Under the pieces are notes generated by a model. It was not told where the DNA came from, searched no databases, and saw only the letters and a program-made list of their open reading frames with translations. From contig JAUZTB010000001.1 of assembly GCA_034780895.1 (NCBI GenBank), positions 65,772,407 to 65,836,406 on the forward strand: a stretch of DNA of 64,000 nt. The letters are read 5' to 3'. Below, piece by piece: positions 11,046 through 25,034 of this stretch. The translations under genes and the position numbers were made by a program. The DNA comes from Rhynchobatus australiae. Taxonomy: Eukaryota. Each line of letters begins with the position of its first letter. Position 1 is the first letter of the stretch.

Positions 11046-14000
11046 CAGCTGCTGATTATTACATTGAAATGTATTTTGCTGCGTTTCCTCTCCAGACTGC
11101 AAACTATTCTTAACCAAGAAACCTAATATCTAGTTTGATTGTAAACTAACTTCTTAAAAAAAAAGAACAAAGTTCCAATGTGAAAGTTGCTTGGATTCAT
11201 TCAGCACCACATCAAACATGATAAAGCTAAGCCCAGCTCTTTGGGAATACACAAATGTGATATTCTCATCATCCCTGTCTCTGCAGCACAAACCTTGCAC
11301 CTCTACTTGACTGCTTTATGAAATCAAAGCTGGTGTGGTAATGCTTTCAGTTTTCTTTTACCTTAAGAAGCATCATGTACCATTGTCTAACATTTTCTTC
11401 TCTGTAGCACCCATAAGAATTCAAAGAACATTTTGATTTAGGCACCTTCTAATTCTCAGCACACAGTTTAGGGTATTTCATTTAGCATATATTAAAAAGA
11501 TTAAATTATGTTGACTTTTCCTTTATCATAAATTTTCTCTTTTTTCCTAGAGGCATTAACTATGCTGAACTGGCTCCATGGGCATTTGGGACTTTCTATA
11601 TTACCTCTTCACTGTGGCTATTTATCGTGAAATTAATGAATGATGGCATCTAGCAGTCTTAGTTCAGAGATCATTGCCCAATTTGGTCCTTGCCTTGTGG
11701 CTATATGGATGCACAATTCCTAATTAGTTGTTGACAATAGCATTCAAGAGCAGAAAATATGAGTAGTTTTGTTTTACTTCCCTCATCCCCTCCTCATCTT
11801 TTCACTCCCCCTTTTGACCCTTTCCCACTGGTTTTAATGTAGCTTGTAGAACTGCTACTAGCTCTCATTATGGGTTGAATGTGAAACTACTTGGTCAATC
11901 AATTCCATACCATACCGGGTATTATTATTTCTCACTTGACGAATAGGACAGTTTTGTGACTATTGAATATGATATTGTTAAATGTTAGTTAGGATGAAGG
12001 TAGGTCTGACATTGTACTGCAGCTTCCTGACAGCAGCTCCCATGTATTTTAATAGTGACTATTTTTAGAACTGAGCAGAGCTGAAATATTTTTAAAATCT
12101 AGAATCTATTTTTTTTAACTATTTGAAAGAAAGATCAAAATAAACCACAAATACATGATGCATTAATTCTAATCTCAGATATACACTCCTCATCATTAAA
12201 GATAAAAAAAATCTGATAGGCTGAAAGGTTATGTTTTTCACTGTTTGTTCCAAAGCCTTTCTGTTGCATCTTTCATTTTAATGGCTTCCAGAATTTGAAC
12301 ACTGCCTCCCCATCTTCCAATTATGCCCATATTTAATAAATTGTTTATTTTATTTAATTCCTCTGCCCCTTTGGAATGAAATCAAAGTGTGATTTAAAAA
12401 TTCCCACTGAATACAAACGTGAACAAGCTTATGGTTTATTCAAAGCCTGCAAACTCAATCTTTCTATTTGAGAATTCACAAAGGCAACTTACTCTTTATT
12501 TAAGGGCTTAAATTGTCAGCTGTAATCTGGACTATTGAGTGGAATTTGCCCTGTACCAGCTGTGGCTATCATAAACCCATAGATCAAACACTGTGGCAGC
12601 CAGTGTATAATCTGCCTGCGAACAATTTTATCTGTATTTTGTCAGTGCTTTGGAATAGAAGTATCCAGTAAAGACTTCAAATTTCAATACTCTTTGCTAA
12701 AATTAAACCACCTTTTGCAACAGCACTAGAATTGTCTCNNNNNNNNNNNNNNNNNNNNNNNNNNNNNNNNNNNNNNNNNNNNNNNNNNNNNNNNNNNNNN
12801 NNNNNNNNNNNNNNNNNNNNNNNNNNNNNNNNNNNNNNCCATTGTAATAAAGTTTGAAAATAATTGCTGTTGTAGGCATGGTTATTATGAGTACCAAACA
12901 ATGTTAACCTACTTTTGTCAATCTAATTCTTTAACACTCCACAGTATTTCCATTAATAAATTGTGATGAGTTAAGTGAGACAGCAAATGAGGTGTCCTGA
13001 ATAAACTTGTGAGAAACATAAGCCTTGTCTGTATTGTTAAAAGTGCTTGTGTTTGAATTATGATAGATTAAAATCAGCCTTGATAGTAATTTCTCCCACT
13101 TGTTTTTCTCTTCCTGTATGTTCCTTGATATAATTGCTTGTTGATTTATTCAATCACACTTTTGTGAATTCAGTTGCCCAACTAAACAGTGCTGATCAGC
13201 AATTAAAAGAGCTTGCATACCTTGGTTTTGATGTGAATGTCTTTCTCCTTTCTTGTCGTCAGAGATATCTTAATCTCATTCTGTGTTTTTTGTTTTCCAT
13301 TCTACTATCTTGCTTGTTCTTACCTATATGTCTTCGCTAATACTTCGCTGTTATTGTCCCTCCTTTTGTGGACTGTTGAGGCAAAAGCTGACACATCATG
13401 TCTTGCTTTTGTGGTTATATTTGGACAGTGATCAATCTTAAACTCAGTTATTGCCCTTTTTCAATCTTTGGTACCTTTGTAGTTGCTTATGCAATGTATT
13501 CAAATGCAAATTTAATATTTGGTAATATGAGATCAGTAACATTCTTTTGTCAGTGATGCATCTTCAAATCCTTATCAATCCATTCAAGCACACAGATGTC
13601 TGTATTTAAAGTACCCCGAAGAAATAGATTTNNNNNNNNNNNNNNNNNNNNNNNNNNNNNNNNNNNNNNNNNNNNNNNNNNNNNNNNNNNNNNNNNNNNN
13701 NNNNNNNNNNNNNNNNNNNNNNNNNNNNNNNNNNNNNNNNNNNNNNNNNNNNNNNNNNNNNNNNNNNNNNNNNNNNNNNNNNNNNNNNNNNNNNNNNNNN
13801 NNNNNNNNNGTTTTATTAAAAGAAGTAAGTGAAATCTGTTTATCTAATCCTTTACATATGTAACCACCTCTAAAATATTGCTAAAGTTATGAAAGTCCCT
13901 TTAAAAACATTAGTAAAAGCTTAACTTTGAAAATTCTTGTTGTCCACTGCAGGGCAGACCTGTACAGTGAATGCTGACAGTTCACTGAAGACTGGCTCTG

Positions 14001-14339
14001 TTAATCAAATAATTTTACTGGGCCTATGGTGAGGTTCCATTCAAAGTCAGACTTAATGTTTTTGTGCATACATCCTTCACTATACACCTGTTCCAACACC
14101 TCAGTGCTATAATTCTTCTCTTCTTACAACCTTTATGTTACAAATATAGTGCATTTGAAAAGTGGCCAGAGCTCGATGGACCACATTTACTAGCTGTCAT
14201 ATTATAGGTGGTCAGGCCAGCTAGCCACTGTTACAAGGTGTGAAAAGAAATTTCTATCTTGATTTTAAGTGCTCTGCTCTGTATTTAGCCCTGATGCTAT
14301 AGAGTTGGTAGACATGAAAGCAAACATCAATATCGTAAT

Positions 14340-14770
14340 CAGGCAGGGAATATCCTTGTGGAAAAAGGAGATGGCGCATCCCATCAGATGGTTCCTTGAA
14401 CAGCTTGCTGAGGTTATTTGGCAGAATGCTTCACCACCAGAATGTTCAAGTGTGCACCAAGACTTTGGTGACAAAAGCCCTCCCTATTAGATTCTTTATG
14501 CACAACCAGAATCTCCATGTTACTGAAGAGTGCTGTTGAGGTGGCTGTGGTGGGAATGAGACTGTCATCCATTTCATTCTGGAATCTGTGTTTGCCAGAA
14601 AGCTCTGGAAAGAGATGCAGTCAAGGTTTCAACCCAAGTGTGTGCAGAACACCCTGTGCTCTGTGAGTTGTTTCCAGAAATGCACACCAAGACAACCATC
14701 AGATATACATATTCTTGTTTGTATGATTATCAACTCATTGAAATATGGTCTTTGGAAACTAACTAATTTT
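14340..14770 (+). mobile_element. Tx1-like LINE 3' (zf-RVT) fragment
   Basis: IWQNASPPE..HQD, GCGGNETVIHFILE and FARKLWKEMQ remnants. Confidence 0.7.
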
Positions 14771-14789
14771 ACTTAATTACTCTGGCAAA

Positions 14790-15110
14790 AGGAGGCCATT
14801 TGGGTCCCAGAAGAGCAATTCCAGCAACCCATTTCCCCCTCCTAATTTTCCTGTACACCTGCCATACATTTTTCTCATGTGCCCATTAACTCCTCTTTGA
14901 TTCTTTTCCCACTTACCCACACAAAGGTAATTCACATGACCAATTATCCTTCCAGCACATCTTTGAGATATGGGATGAAAGTGGAATACTTTGGAGAAAC
15001 CCACGCAGCTATGAGGAGAACATGCAAATACCACACACTATCCAAGTTCAGGATCAAACCTAGGTACCAAGAACTGTGAGGCAACAGTTCTAACTGCTGT
15101 GCAGTTTTCC
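14790..15110 (-). mobile_element. Old V-SINE copy
   Basis: ggagaaacccacgcagctatgaggagaacatgcaaa...aggatcaaacc...ctgtgaggcaacagttctaactgctg. Confidence 0.7.
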
Positions 15111-16214
15111 ATGACCAAATGTTGCACATTTTGGGCTCTAGGTCTGCATGCTTAGGTACAAACAGAAGTTTGGTGCAACTGCCACAAAGGCTATGTGAAG
15201 AAGGACGATGGTTTAAGGCCATTCCCACTATTTCATGCTGAGAGGCTGGAAGTTTTGTAAAACCACCCCTTGATTCTTTAGCTCTTTGAGTGTATGTGAA
15301 AGAAAAATTGATGATGTGCTGATATAATGCAATTGGATTGATCTTGTACTGTGAATGGTGAAATATAGTTGTATGTATTTTATGAATAGTGTATTTTGGG
15401 GAAAATAGGGAATATCACAGTATTGGGACAATATCATTTACAATAAGTCAAAGGAAAGTTTTGTCCAGTATGGAGCCTACTCTTAACATCGTGTGAAATT
15501 TTTTGAATACAAGGAGGAAATTTGAACATCAGATGAAGAGCTTCAGATGTAAACTGACCCTTTAACCAAATCTGCTCTCTAATTTCCTGTCTTGCATTCT
15601 TGGCAGAAGCACTGAGATTAGAACATGGAGTATGTATTACAGCCAACCCCTACTGGCAGAAGAAACAGGCAATCTCTTCATTTAATAACTGTCCTAGTGT
15701 AGATTCAGTATTTTAAATAAATCCATTGATGTCTGATATAACATATAAATAGGTTTACAGATATTCCGGAATGTATTTCAAAGCTGCTTGGAAGTTTGGA
15801 TGAGTTTATGGCATGTAGGNNNNNNNNNNNNNNNNNNNNNNNNNNNNNNNNNNNNNNNNNNNNNNNNNNNNNNNNNNNNNNNNNNNNNNNNNNNNNNNNN
15901 NNNNNNNNNNNNNNNNNNNTGAGTTTATGGCATGTAGGATCAAAGTTTTGGCTGATTTATGTAAATCATAAATGCCCACAAATTGTCCTGCAGCTTGTAA
16001 CTTGGTCTATTCCAACTGCTTAATAATGTGTGGAATTTTTGCTTTCAAATAAATCTCCAAGCTCTGCAAATGCAATGTGAAATAAATAATTTAAAAACAA
16101 GATCGATGAAAAGAAAGTGAACAGGAAGAACACTCTGGAGGAATTAGAAAGGGTAGAGCTAATCCCAAAATCCATCTAATCGTCTGAGATAACTGCTCCT
16201 CTCTGTGTTAGGAG

Positions 16215-16470
16215 TCATCTCTGAATTTAATCACTCCATCATCTACAGCTGTGCCTTTTAGATGCCAAGGTCAGAAGTTTGGTAATTCTCTCCCTAAACC
16301 AACTGCCATGCCCAGTACTTTCTTCTTCTAGAACACTCCTTAAACCTCCCTCATTGTCCAAATTTTTAGACATCCTTTCCGAAGTCTCATTGTGACTTAG
16401 TGTCAAATCTTATTTAATAATGCTCCTTGGGATATTTTTCTACATAAAAGAGCAATGTAAATACATGCTA
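16215..16470 (+). mobile_element. L2-like / Deu-SINE 3' tail
   Basis: tgtgccttt...aattctctccctaaacc...ccttgggatatttttctacataaaagagcaatgtaaat. Related copy at about 20800-21050. Confidence 0.5.
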
Positions 16471-19400
16471 TTTGGATTGGATTTCACCCATTGCTGTGAA
16501 ACACAAATTTAGCACAAATTTAATGATTAGAATTACTGTTTTGTCAATCTCCTCCAGCATCTGATATATACTTGACGTGATGTCTGATCTGTTGACCTCA
16601 AATGTGGATTTTGGATCTTTTACAACCTTTACAAAGGGTTGGGTCACGTGAAATGTTGGTAATTCTGACTTGAATTGGTCACTGGGAATGAGCAGGTGGT
16701 TTCTCTTTGTGCAGGGATAGCTGCCCATTTACCAGACCAAGTTGAATACCATGCTCTTTAATTCAAGCATACTACTGAAATTTTTCAGCACTGCGTAAGA
16801 TACAGGGATGTCCTTTGTAGAAAGTATTAAAGATGTTCCTGGCTGATGTACTCTCTTGCTTTAACAGTGCTACATGGGAGGCTGATGGAGTCTTTCAACT
16901 ATACTTAATGCCCTTGGATGAACTTATGACAGTATACATCCAAAGCAACATTTATTCACAGGCACACCTTTCAGGCTTTTGGCTGTGCCGATATTTCTGC
17001 TAGAATGAAATCATTGCATTCCTAAGAAACCTCGCATTATAGAAAATCTCATTCTCAAAACAATTGTGTCAATGGGGGGGGGGTGAGATGGGGGGTAAGG
17101 AAGTTGGGGACTAGAGACTCTAAATTCCAAAGTTATTTATACTGCAGGACTTTCCAAAGGTGTTTTAATAGCTACCTGTTTATTTTGTTTTTGTTAGCTA
17201 AAAATACTAAAGGTTGTATGTTGCATTGTTTGATAAAGTATCCTTGTGTGAGTATCCATAGAAGTAATTGCTTGTCAATTTCCAATGGCCTCTTGCAGTG
17301 AAGCTAACAGCTTGTGTTCTTAAGAGACATTGGTGTCTGATTACTGTAGGGAGGTTAATGGAAACAGTATTTTCCCCCCAAGACAGCAATTTTTTTAACT
17401 GCTTGTCAACTTGGAAAGTAACTGGTAATGGTTCTCTAGTTCTCAATTGTGTTACAACCAGTTCAGCCTGTGTAATACAAATAATGTTCCCTAATTCATC
17501 AGTTGCATTATATCCAGTTCATGTTATGGAAAAATGAATTGCAGCAGAACTACCTATATTTAAGATATTGCTTAAGTCATTCTCGTAAATCCTTTTTGGG
17601 CCCTTCCCTTCCAGAGCTTTCATGTCTTTAAAGATCCAGTGACTGATATTGACTGCAATTCTGGTTGTGCTGAAAGCAGTGTTTTAGAAAAGTTCATTAT
17701 TTTTCATTTCTGAACAAACTGCCTGTTGTTCTTTCTGCCAAAATGCATCATCCTGCACTTTTGTGCCATGTATTTCATCTGCCATTCCACCAGCTATGTC
17801 CTCTTCCCACTAATTTCCTTGATGTTGGCTGCAGTTTGAAGTTTGAAATTGCCCTAAATAAATCTAAGTCACCAGTGAATATCAGGAAAAACAGTGGTTC
17901 CAACACTGATTCCTGGGGAACACCAATTTAACACCATATGGGAAATAAAAAGCTCTCCCGAATGTTTCTATGAAGAATTTCATACTGTTGTTGTAGATGG
18001 CTCTATCTTCAGGAAGCTCCAAAAGAATCTTGCCTAATTATTAGGCTTTAGAGTTGAGGGAGTCATTATGCACATATTTATGATTTCATTTTATCAGTTC
18101 CATGACTGTGCTATTTGCAACTGGGCCCCCAAGTTAGGTCTGCATCCCTTTCCACTTCTTCAGGTAGGAGTTTGTTTATCCTGATGCATTTTATTAGACA
18201 TCTGATGTCTGCTGCTCCTTGTGTAAATAGCTGTTGCTTGTATGTAAATGTCAGCCTGCTATTTAATGATTAGGCTCCACAGATGGGTCCAATTTTGTGA
18301 TTACCCAAAATCCTCCTAGAAACCCTCTGTTAATAAGAGTTAACAATCAGGAGCAGGGCCATTGAATTTTTCTGATTTTGGTCCCACCACCCTTTTAACC
18401 TGCGACACAGTTATTCTTCTATTGATGCCTTTGTAGAAATTATGAACCATTAATAGATTTGGAGATTGTTGCCTGTGCATTCCAGTGCCACAGTGATTAG
18501 TGAATCCTATGGGGGTGATCTTGTGAGCAGGAAATAAGGTGCTGCATGATTTACAAATAAACTACATTTTGCAAGTGAGGTTGATGCATTTTGATCTGAA
18601 GTTGCTTTCAATGTTCAGTAATGTACATACTTTAACTGAGATTAGAAACTCTGCTTGCAGACCTTTGTCAATAGTATACAAAATATTTGCTGTTGATATA
18701 CATAAAATTGTACATTTAAGCCATAGAACGTGATAGAATTCTGTAGTCACAATTGCCTTTAGGTTGCAATAGTCGCAGTAATCCTGATGCCTTTTCAGTN
18801 NNNNNTATCAGAGTTCTGCAGTAGAAGCCTGTAGGCAGAGGTCTCAGGTTATTAAAAGCTGTCTGTTACTCTTCAAGAGTTAATTTCTTTCTCTTAACAC
18901 CTGCAGGTTTCACTTCATATCAAATGGTTTTGAAAAACATACCTTTTGTCTTCAATTAATTTGCCACATACCTGGGGAGTCAGGTGAAAAACATTGTAAT
19001 TTTACCAAAAGGGGAAACACTGTAGAAGAATTTTCTAGTTTTGCTTCAAAATTGGTCGTACAATTCAAAGGAATTGCAATGAACTCATGGAATTGGCAGG
19101 TTGTTGCCTTTTGAAATTAGAAGTAGTTTGCAAGTAATGGGTTTGAATAAGTGCAAAAGAGTGGACTTTCTCATCACTCCCTTGTTTATGCTTATTTTCA
19201 TTTAAAACTGTCACTTGTCACAATAAGTGGCATTAAATTTTTAAGTTTGCTTTTCCTGCTGTCTTGATTGAAGTGGTTTAAATTAGTTCACCACTGGGCT
19301 GACAATTTCATACTCAAGGAAACTAATCACACTTACAGCAAGGACAAAGAGAAATAAAGCCAGTCTCAAAGATCTGAAATGCAGAACCTGCTGGAATTGT

Positions 19401-19597
19401 ACAAAGGAGAAAGATTAACATTTTAAATGAGATTTAGCAATATAAAAGAACAAAAAAAGGAGTCAACATTCAGTGTTCTCTGCCATTAACTAAATCCATA
19501 GCTGATTATATGTCTCAATCCCATGTCTCCTGATTACCTTGGTGTCCAAACCAATGGCTTCATTACATTGGTTTTTTTGCTTCCATTTGCATTGTTT

Positions 19598-19601
<4 letters not shown>

Positions 19602-19638
<37 letters not shown>
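19602..19638. repeat. (CT)n microsatellite running into a gap
   Basis: Seen directly. Confidence 0.95.
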
Positions 19639-22600
19639 NNNNNNNNNNNNNNNNNNNNNNNNNNNNNNNNNNNNNNNNNNNNNNNNNNNNNNNNNNNNNN
19701 NNNNNNNNNNNNNNNNNNNNNNNNNNNNNNNNNNNNNNNNNNNNNNNNNNNNNNNNNNNNNNNNNNNNNNNNNNNNNNNNNNNNNNNNNNNNNNNNNNNN
19801 NNNNNNNNNNNNNNNNNNNNNNNNNNNNNNNNNNNNNNNNNNNNNNNNNNNNNNNNNNNNNNNNNNNNAATTTTGTGTTTGGAAGTTGGGATTGCAGCTC
19901 TTTTAATAGTGCCTTAGTTGTGAAACAGCCCAGATGTTGCAACCCATTCTTCTTGATTTTTCTCCAGTGCTACAGGACTAATGTCAGTGTTTTTGTTCTA
20001 AACCCTCCAGTAGTCCAGTTCAACTCCATGTTTATTCCTATAATGATGTAATATAGCTCATGAAAGAATTAGGGATACTGCTTCTTTGACCGGCGTTTTT
20101 AAAAATTCCCATTAATTTATTGCCAGGGTCTGACATTCACTGCTTACCCCAAGTTGTCCTGAAAAGGTGCTGGTGAGTTATCTTCTTGAATTGCCCCAAG
20201 TATTTTGAGTTGCTGAAAAGAGCACAAGAGCAAGTTGTCTCAGTGTGGGATTAGTGCCACAAAGAGGGTGAGATCGAATATAGACATTACACTTCCTTCT
20301 CCAGGATGTCAGTGACATTCCAGTGGCTGTGTGGGAGATTTTGTTGATAACAACAGTTAAACAAAAACGCTGGTGGGCATTTGAATTTCTGTATCCTGAA
20401 TTATCAGGCCAGGTGTCTGGGTCATTAATCCAGTAACAGTAACATTGACAAAATCTATTGATTTTCCAAGAGACTCTCCAGAGTCTCAATTGTTAAAGCT
20501 GGTGCAACTAAGCCAATGATAGTTGGTGGTGTAATGTTCATTTCTGTTCTGCACTAAATCAATTGGTTGTGGCTCGGCTTTCTGAAAGGGAAGCATGTTT
20601 CCCAGTGCTTCTCAACTATGAACACTAAATCTACCTGGGTTCCTTCTTGATTTCTGCTGAGTAACTCTTATTGTAAAGTACTTTGTGTATGTAGGTGAAG
20701 TTGAGATTTGGGCTCTTCTGCCTTATCACCATTGACAAAATATGGCTCTGTTAATGAACACATCCCTTATTGCACCTTATTCAGTCTTCTGTATCGTTTT
20801 CAGTGCTGGAGTCATCCCAAATGAAGGTACATGTGCCTTCAGCTACCTGGGCCCTTGCGTCTGAGCTTTTTTGTTGAAACGTCTTATCCACATTTTTCTG
20901 TCTCCATTTTAAGTTGTTCATTTAAGTCTATCAGTTTGATTAAGTACTTCACCTATTCAAATGTCTCTTTCCATGGATCCATATCTTTTTAGGTTTTAAT
21001 TACACCTCTTTTGATGTGTTTTGAAGTACAATACAAATAAAAGTTACTGTCCCAGGTTTATGAATTGATACTTGAATACCAGAGGGTAATTGCTACCCAT
21101 GGCGTATACTTCCATACTGTCATCAGTCCATAGCTTTATGAGATGGTTCAGGGCCAGAATTAGGGAAGAAGTGGTCATAGGGTAAATGTGAGAATGACTA
21201 AAGCCTTCCTCATATGGTTGCTGTTGAGTCGTATCTGTTTACAACTACTTTTATTTGCAATGTGGTATGGTCATTGACCTGGTTGGTTAACTTCATTTCT
21301 CAATACACAGCTGCTAAATATCTTCAGCGTTTTCTGTTTTGTTTCAGAATTCCAGTATTTTGTTTTTGAATGTTTTGTTGGAACCCACAAGTAAGATTGT
21401 AAAAGAGAAATCCAATGAAATGTGCTCTGTTCTGAGCTACTGCAACTGTGAGTCTTGCAGTTGTCCTGATCTTGCTGTTCCTGAACTTTAACTCTATCCT
21501 GAGGTAATTTTATCTATCCAGCATTATCGGCTTTTACACCTGTAGTGTGGCTAACAGATGTTCCTCTGCTGATGACTTCTGACCTCATTATTTAATTCCC
21601 TTTGCAACTGTCAGGTTGTACTTTATGAATATAATAAACCAAGGATTAAGGTTGTCAAGTATTTTCCTGGAGTCCAGTGTTGTTCAATAATTTCAGAACA
21701 TTTTTGATTTACTGGTACAATTTTAGAATGGATTAGAAGAACTACTGAAAGCAGGCCACTTTTGAGGCAAGCCAGGCAGCTGTCTCCTGAACTTTGAAGA
21801 ATTTGGAATGTTTGATGGAAAACTCCAACTGTAGCANNNNNNNNNNAGCACACCAAGCAGTCACATTTGTTGTAGTAAAGATTCAATCCTGGATGCGACG
21901 ATAACTTAATAGATCCCTGTATAAATTAGACATCAGAATACATGCTGATTAATTTTGGAACACAAAATTTTGAGCAAATTAGGATTTCCTCCCCCTTCCC
22001 CTAAAGTTGAAGTACCTGCTGCCAAAATAGTTTAAAAGATTGGGAGTAGGAGCATAAATTTCATGAACTTCAGCTGTTGGATTGATTGTGCCTCAAGTGT
22101 CAGCTACTTATTATTAGAAACATTTTTTTTGTATGGAGCTGCAACAGAGAAGAAAGTTATTGGTGTAAAGGTGGTGTTTAACAGAAATAAAAGGACCAAG
22201 AGATGTCAGAATTGTAAGGTTAACCTGTGTTGAATTACCTTAGCCGAACTGGTGAGGGAGGAGATTACTGCAGAATTGTAGTTACCACGCTGTAAATAAA
22301 ATTTAAATTAATTTCAAAGAAACAGTAATACTTGGGCCAAAGCAGCATCTTTGGAAAGAAAATCATGGTTACCATTTTGGGTTGATGATCTTTTATGAGG
22401 ACTGGAAAAGTTAAAACCAAAACTGATCAGAGGCGTTTGTACATTCTTCACCCTTCTCACTCTTCTGCATCCTAAAATTAGTTTTACCTCCAACATTTTC
22501 TAATTCTAATGAATGGAAATTGCTCTTAAACATTAACTTTGTTTCTCCTGCACAGATGCTGCCTGAAATTATTTTCTGTTTTATTTGGCAGAGGATACCT

Positions 22601-22758
22601 GAATTAAAATCTTTTTAGCTAATTAGTTTTCCTGTTTAGCTCATTTTCCCTCCCTGACTGCGATATATTATTGCATTATTGAACCAAATTTGGTGAGCTG
22701 TGAGGTCCCTGAGTTTGAACCACCTCCTGTCCCTTGATGTCATGGCTTTGACATGATT

Positions 22759-23682
22759 AGCAATTTACACTCAAAACAGTAATTTTGAAGTATAGCCACC
22801 TGTATAACCTAGAAAATATAAAGGCCAGTGCAAAGGTAATAAATTTCTACTACCAACAATGTGATAATGATGTCCTTGAAGCCATGGAACTGTTGCTCAT
22901 TAAGAGTCAGCATCTCTTCAAGAGGAGAAAGAGACTGGTAAATTTTGTTCTGCTGAGATTCGGATCAGGTTGAGAAGTGAAGAGAAAACCCAAAGGAGTT
23001 TGTGGTCTAGTTTTCTACCTTTCAGTTCTTTTTTCATCCCATGTGGTTGATAAATTTGGTGTTACTTTTGAAATTGTTCATTTCACCTGGCAACTTTTGA
23101 ACTGGGATGATGTGCTAGAGTGGGCCTTTAGATGTATATGGCTATCCATTCTGCAAAGTGCAGGGATCAGCTTTTGTTGATTAGCCTTCAGTTCAAAAGA
23201 AAGTTTGCACAGAATTAATGCTTTTATTATTTGAGCAGCCCATTCTGTGCATATGAAGTAAAAACAACCTAAGTAGAGCAACTTGCTTTTAATTTTCTAC
23301 AGCCATCCTTATCTGGAAAAAGATGCTATAAGAGTTAGTTACCTAGTGCCTTGTGTAAGTTGTCGCTTTTCAAGTGTGAGCCTAGGCTGTAAATAATAAC
23401 CTAATCTGAGACCCATTCAAGAATCTTTTGTGTGACTCTTCGTTGCTGTCTCCTACTTAATATATCAATTTTTTTTTGAAGCATCAAAAGAAAATAACAA
23501 CCTCTTCTCTGATGTCTCTTAGAAAGTCTTCTATTTTATAGTGACTTTCATGAGTTGTGAGATGCCCCAAAGCAATTTACACTCAAAACAGTAGTTTTGA
23601 AGTATAGCCACCTGTATAACCTAGAAAATGAAAAGGCCAGTGCAAAGGCAATAAATTTCCACAACCAACAATGTGATAATGA
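22759..23682 (+). repeat. 112-bp direct repeat pair (22759-22870 and 23571-23682)
   Basis: Manual alignment gives 6 mismatches and no indels. Confidence 0.92.
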
Positions 23683-24722
23683 CATTGGGTAGGAAGTATA
23701 AAAAAACATGGAGAGATTCAAAATCAAGGATGAGAATTGTAAAAAAAAATTGAGGTGTTAGGTAATTCAGAGTTGAAATTGATCACTGTTGTTAATAAAT
23801 AGGACTTTGTGTAACATTTACATGGATGGCAGCATCTTGATCAGTTTGCTTCATTTGTTTGATCAAATCCTGTTTATCGTATCTCTCCTTAACTTTTTAT
23901 ACTCTAAGAGGAACAATCTCAGCTCTTAAGGGATCTTGGTATTTGGTGAACCATCCACGTACATGTGATGAGTTTGAAATTGTTCCACATTTCTGATGGT
24001 GTTCTCTGCACCTACTTGTTGTGGAGCTCATGAATAAGTTAATTCTAGGCTGATTTGTACTTGTTTACCTTCCTTTAAAAACTGCTTGGAGACGTTGTAG
24101 GTTTGGACAGCATTTGAAAATACAATTAATCAAACATTTTGTTCTCTGATTCCTTGTCAATGCATAGGATAGTATTTTACATCTGATAATTGTTCTCTCT
24201 GAACCACTGCATGCAGGGAATGCAGCACAACTGAAGATGCTTTACCCTGGATAAGATTTTAAACCAAAACTTTATCTGATTCCTTGGGTTCCCGTAGTGC
24301 TGTTTGGAAGAGCTATGGATATACCTTTAATGTTCAAGCCAATATTTATTCCTCCACTGGAATTACTTAATTTATCTGATAATCATACTGCTTCTTTCAT
24401 ACATTACATTTTTGCATTTCTTACAACTACATTTTAAAAGCACTTTGCCATTAGCCATAAATGGCCAAAGCCATTTAAAAAAAACTATTCTTATTAATAG
24501 CACTGGTGAGCACAGGTTTTTAATGATTTAATGTTGGGATGTAATGCTGTCACTGATTAATATTTGAGGAACAGCACTGATGAGAGCATTCCTATTGTTT
24601 TTGACCTTTGGGGAGATACACAGTAGGGAAAAGTCTTTCAATATAACCCTAAGATGCAGGTTTGTAATGGAAGGAAGTTGAGGAGATATATTAATAAAAT
24701 CATGTATTAAATTTGGTTACAG

Positions 24723-24842
24723 ATGGATCAAACCTCCGATGAAGATGTGGACCATGCTGCAGAGGAAGATAGTGATAAAGAGGACCAGGACTTGGATAAA
24801 ATGTTCGGTGCATGGCTCGGTGAACTTGATAAGCTCACTCAG
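24723..24842 (+). CDS. RAPH1: RAPH1/lamellipodin first coding exon (MDQTSDEDVDHAAEEDSDKEDQDLDKMFGAWLGELDKLTQ)
   Basis: ttacAG|ATG acceptor directly at the start codon, 120 nt = 40 codons, CAG|GTAATT donor. The peptide matches the RAPH1 N-terminus (EEDSDKEDQDLDKMFGAWLGELDKLTQ). Too short for the ORF track. Confidence 0.96.
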
Positions 24843-25034
24843 GTAATTGTATAGTATATAGATGAGGGAATGGTCTGTGTATCAGTTTTATTGTTCTGAG
24901 GTACAAACGTTTAAGTAAGATAAAGTAAACCCCCNNNNNNNNNNNNNNNNNNNNNNNNNNNNNNNNNNNNNNNNNNNNNNNNNNNNNNNNNNNNNNNNNN
25001 NNNNNNNNNNNNNNNNNNNNNNNNNNNNNNNNNN

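Noticed and set aside
15798-15940. tgagtttatgg(g)catgtagg repeated on both sides of a 100-N gap (similarly tttaattat at 47004 and 47113)
   Set aside because: Typical unmerged contig overlap, not a biological repeat.
19490-20051. ORFs with RERERE / SLSLSL tracts
   Set aside because: Translation of the (CT)n microsatellite plus gap.
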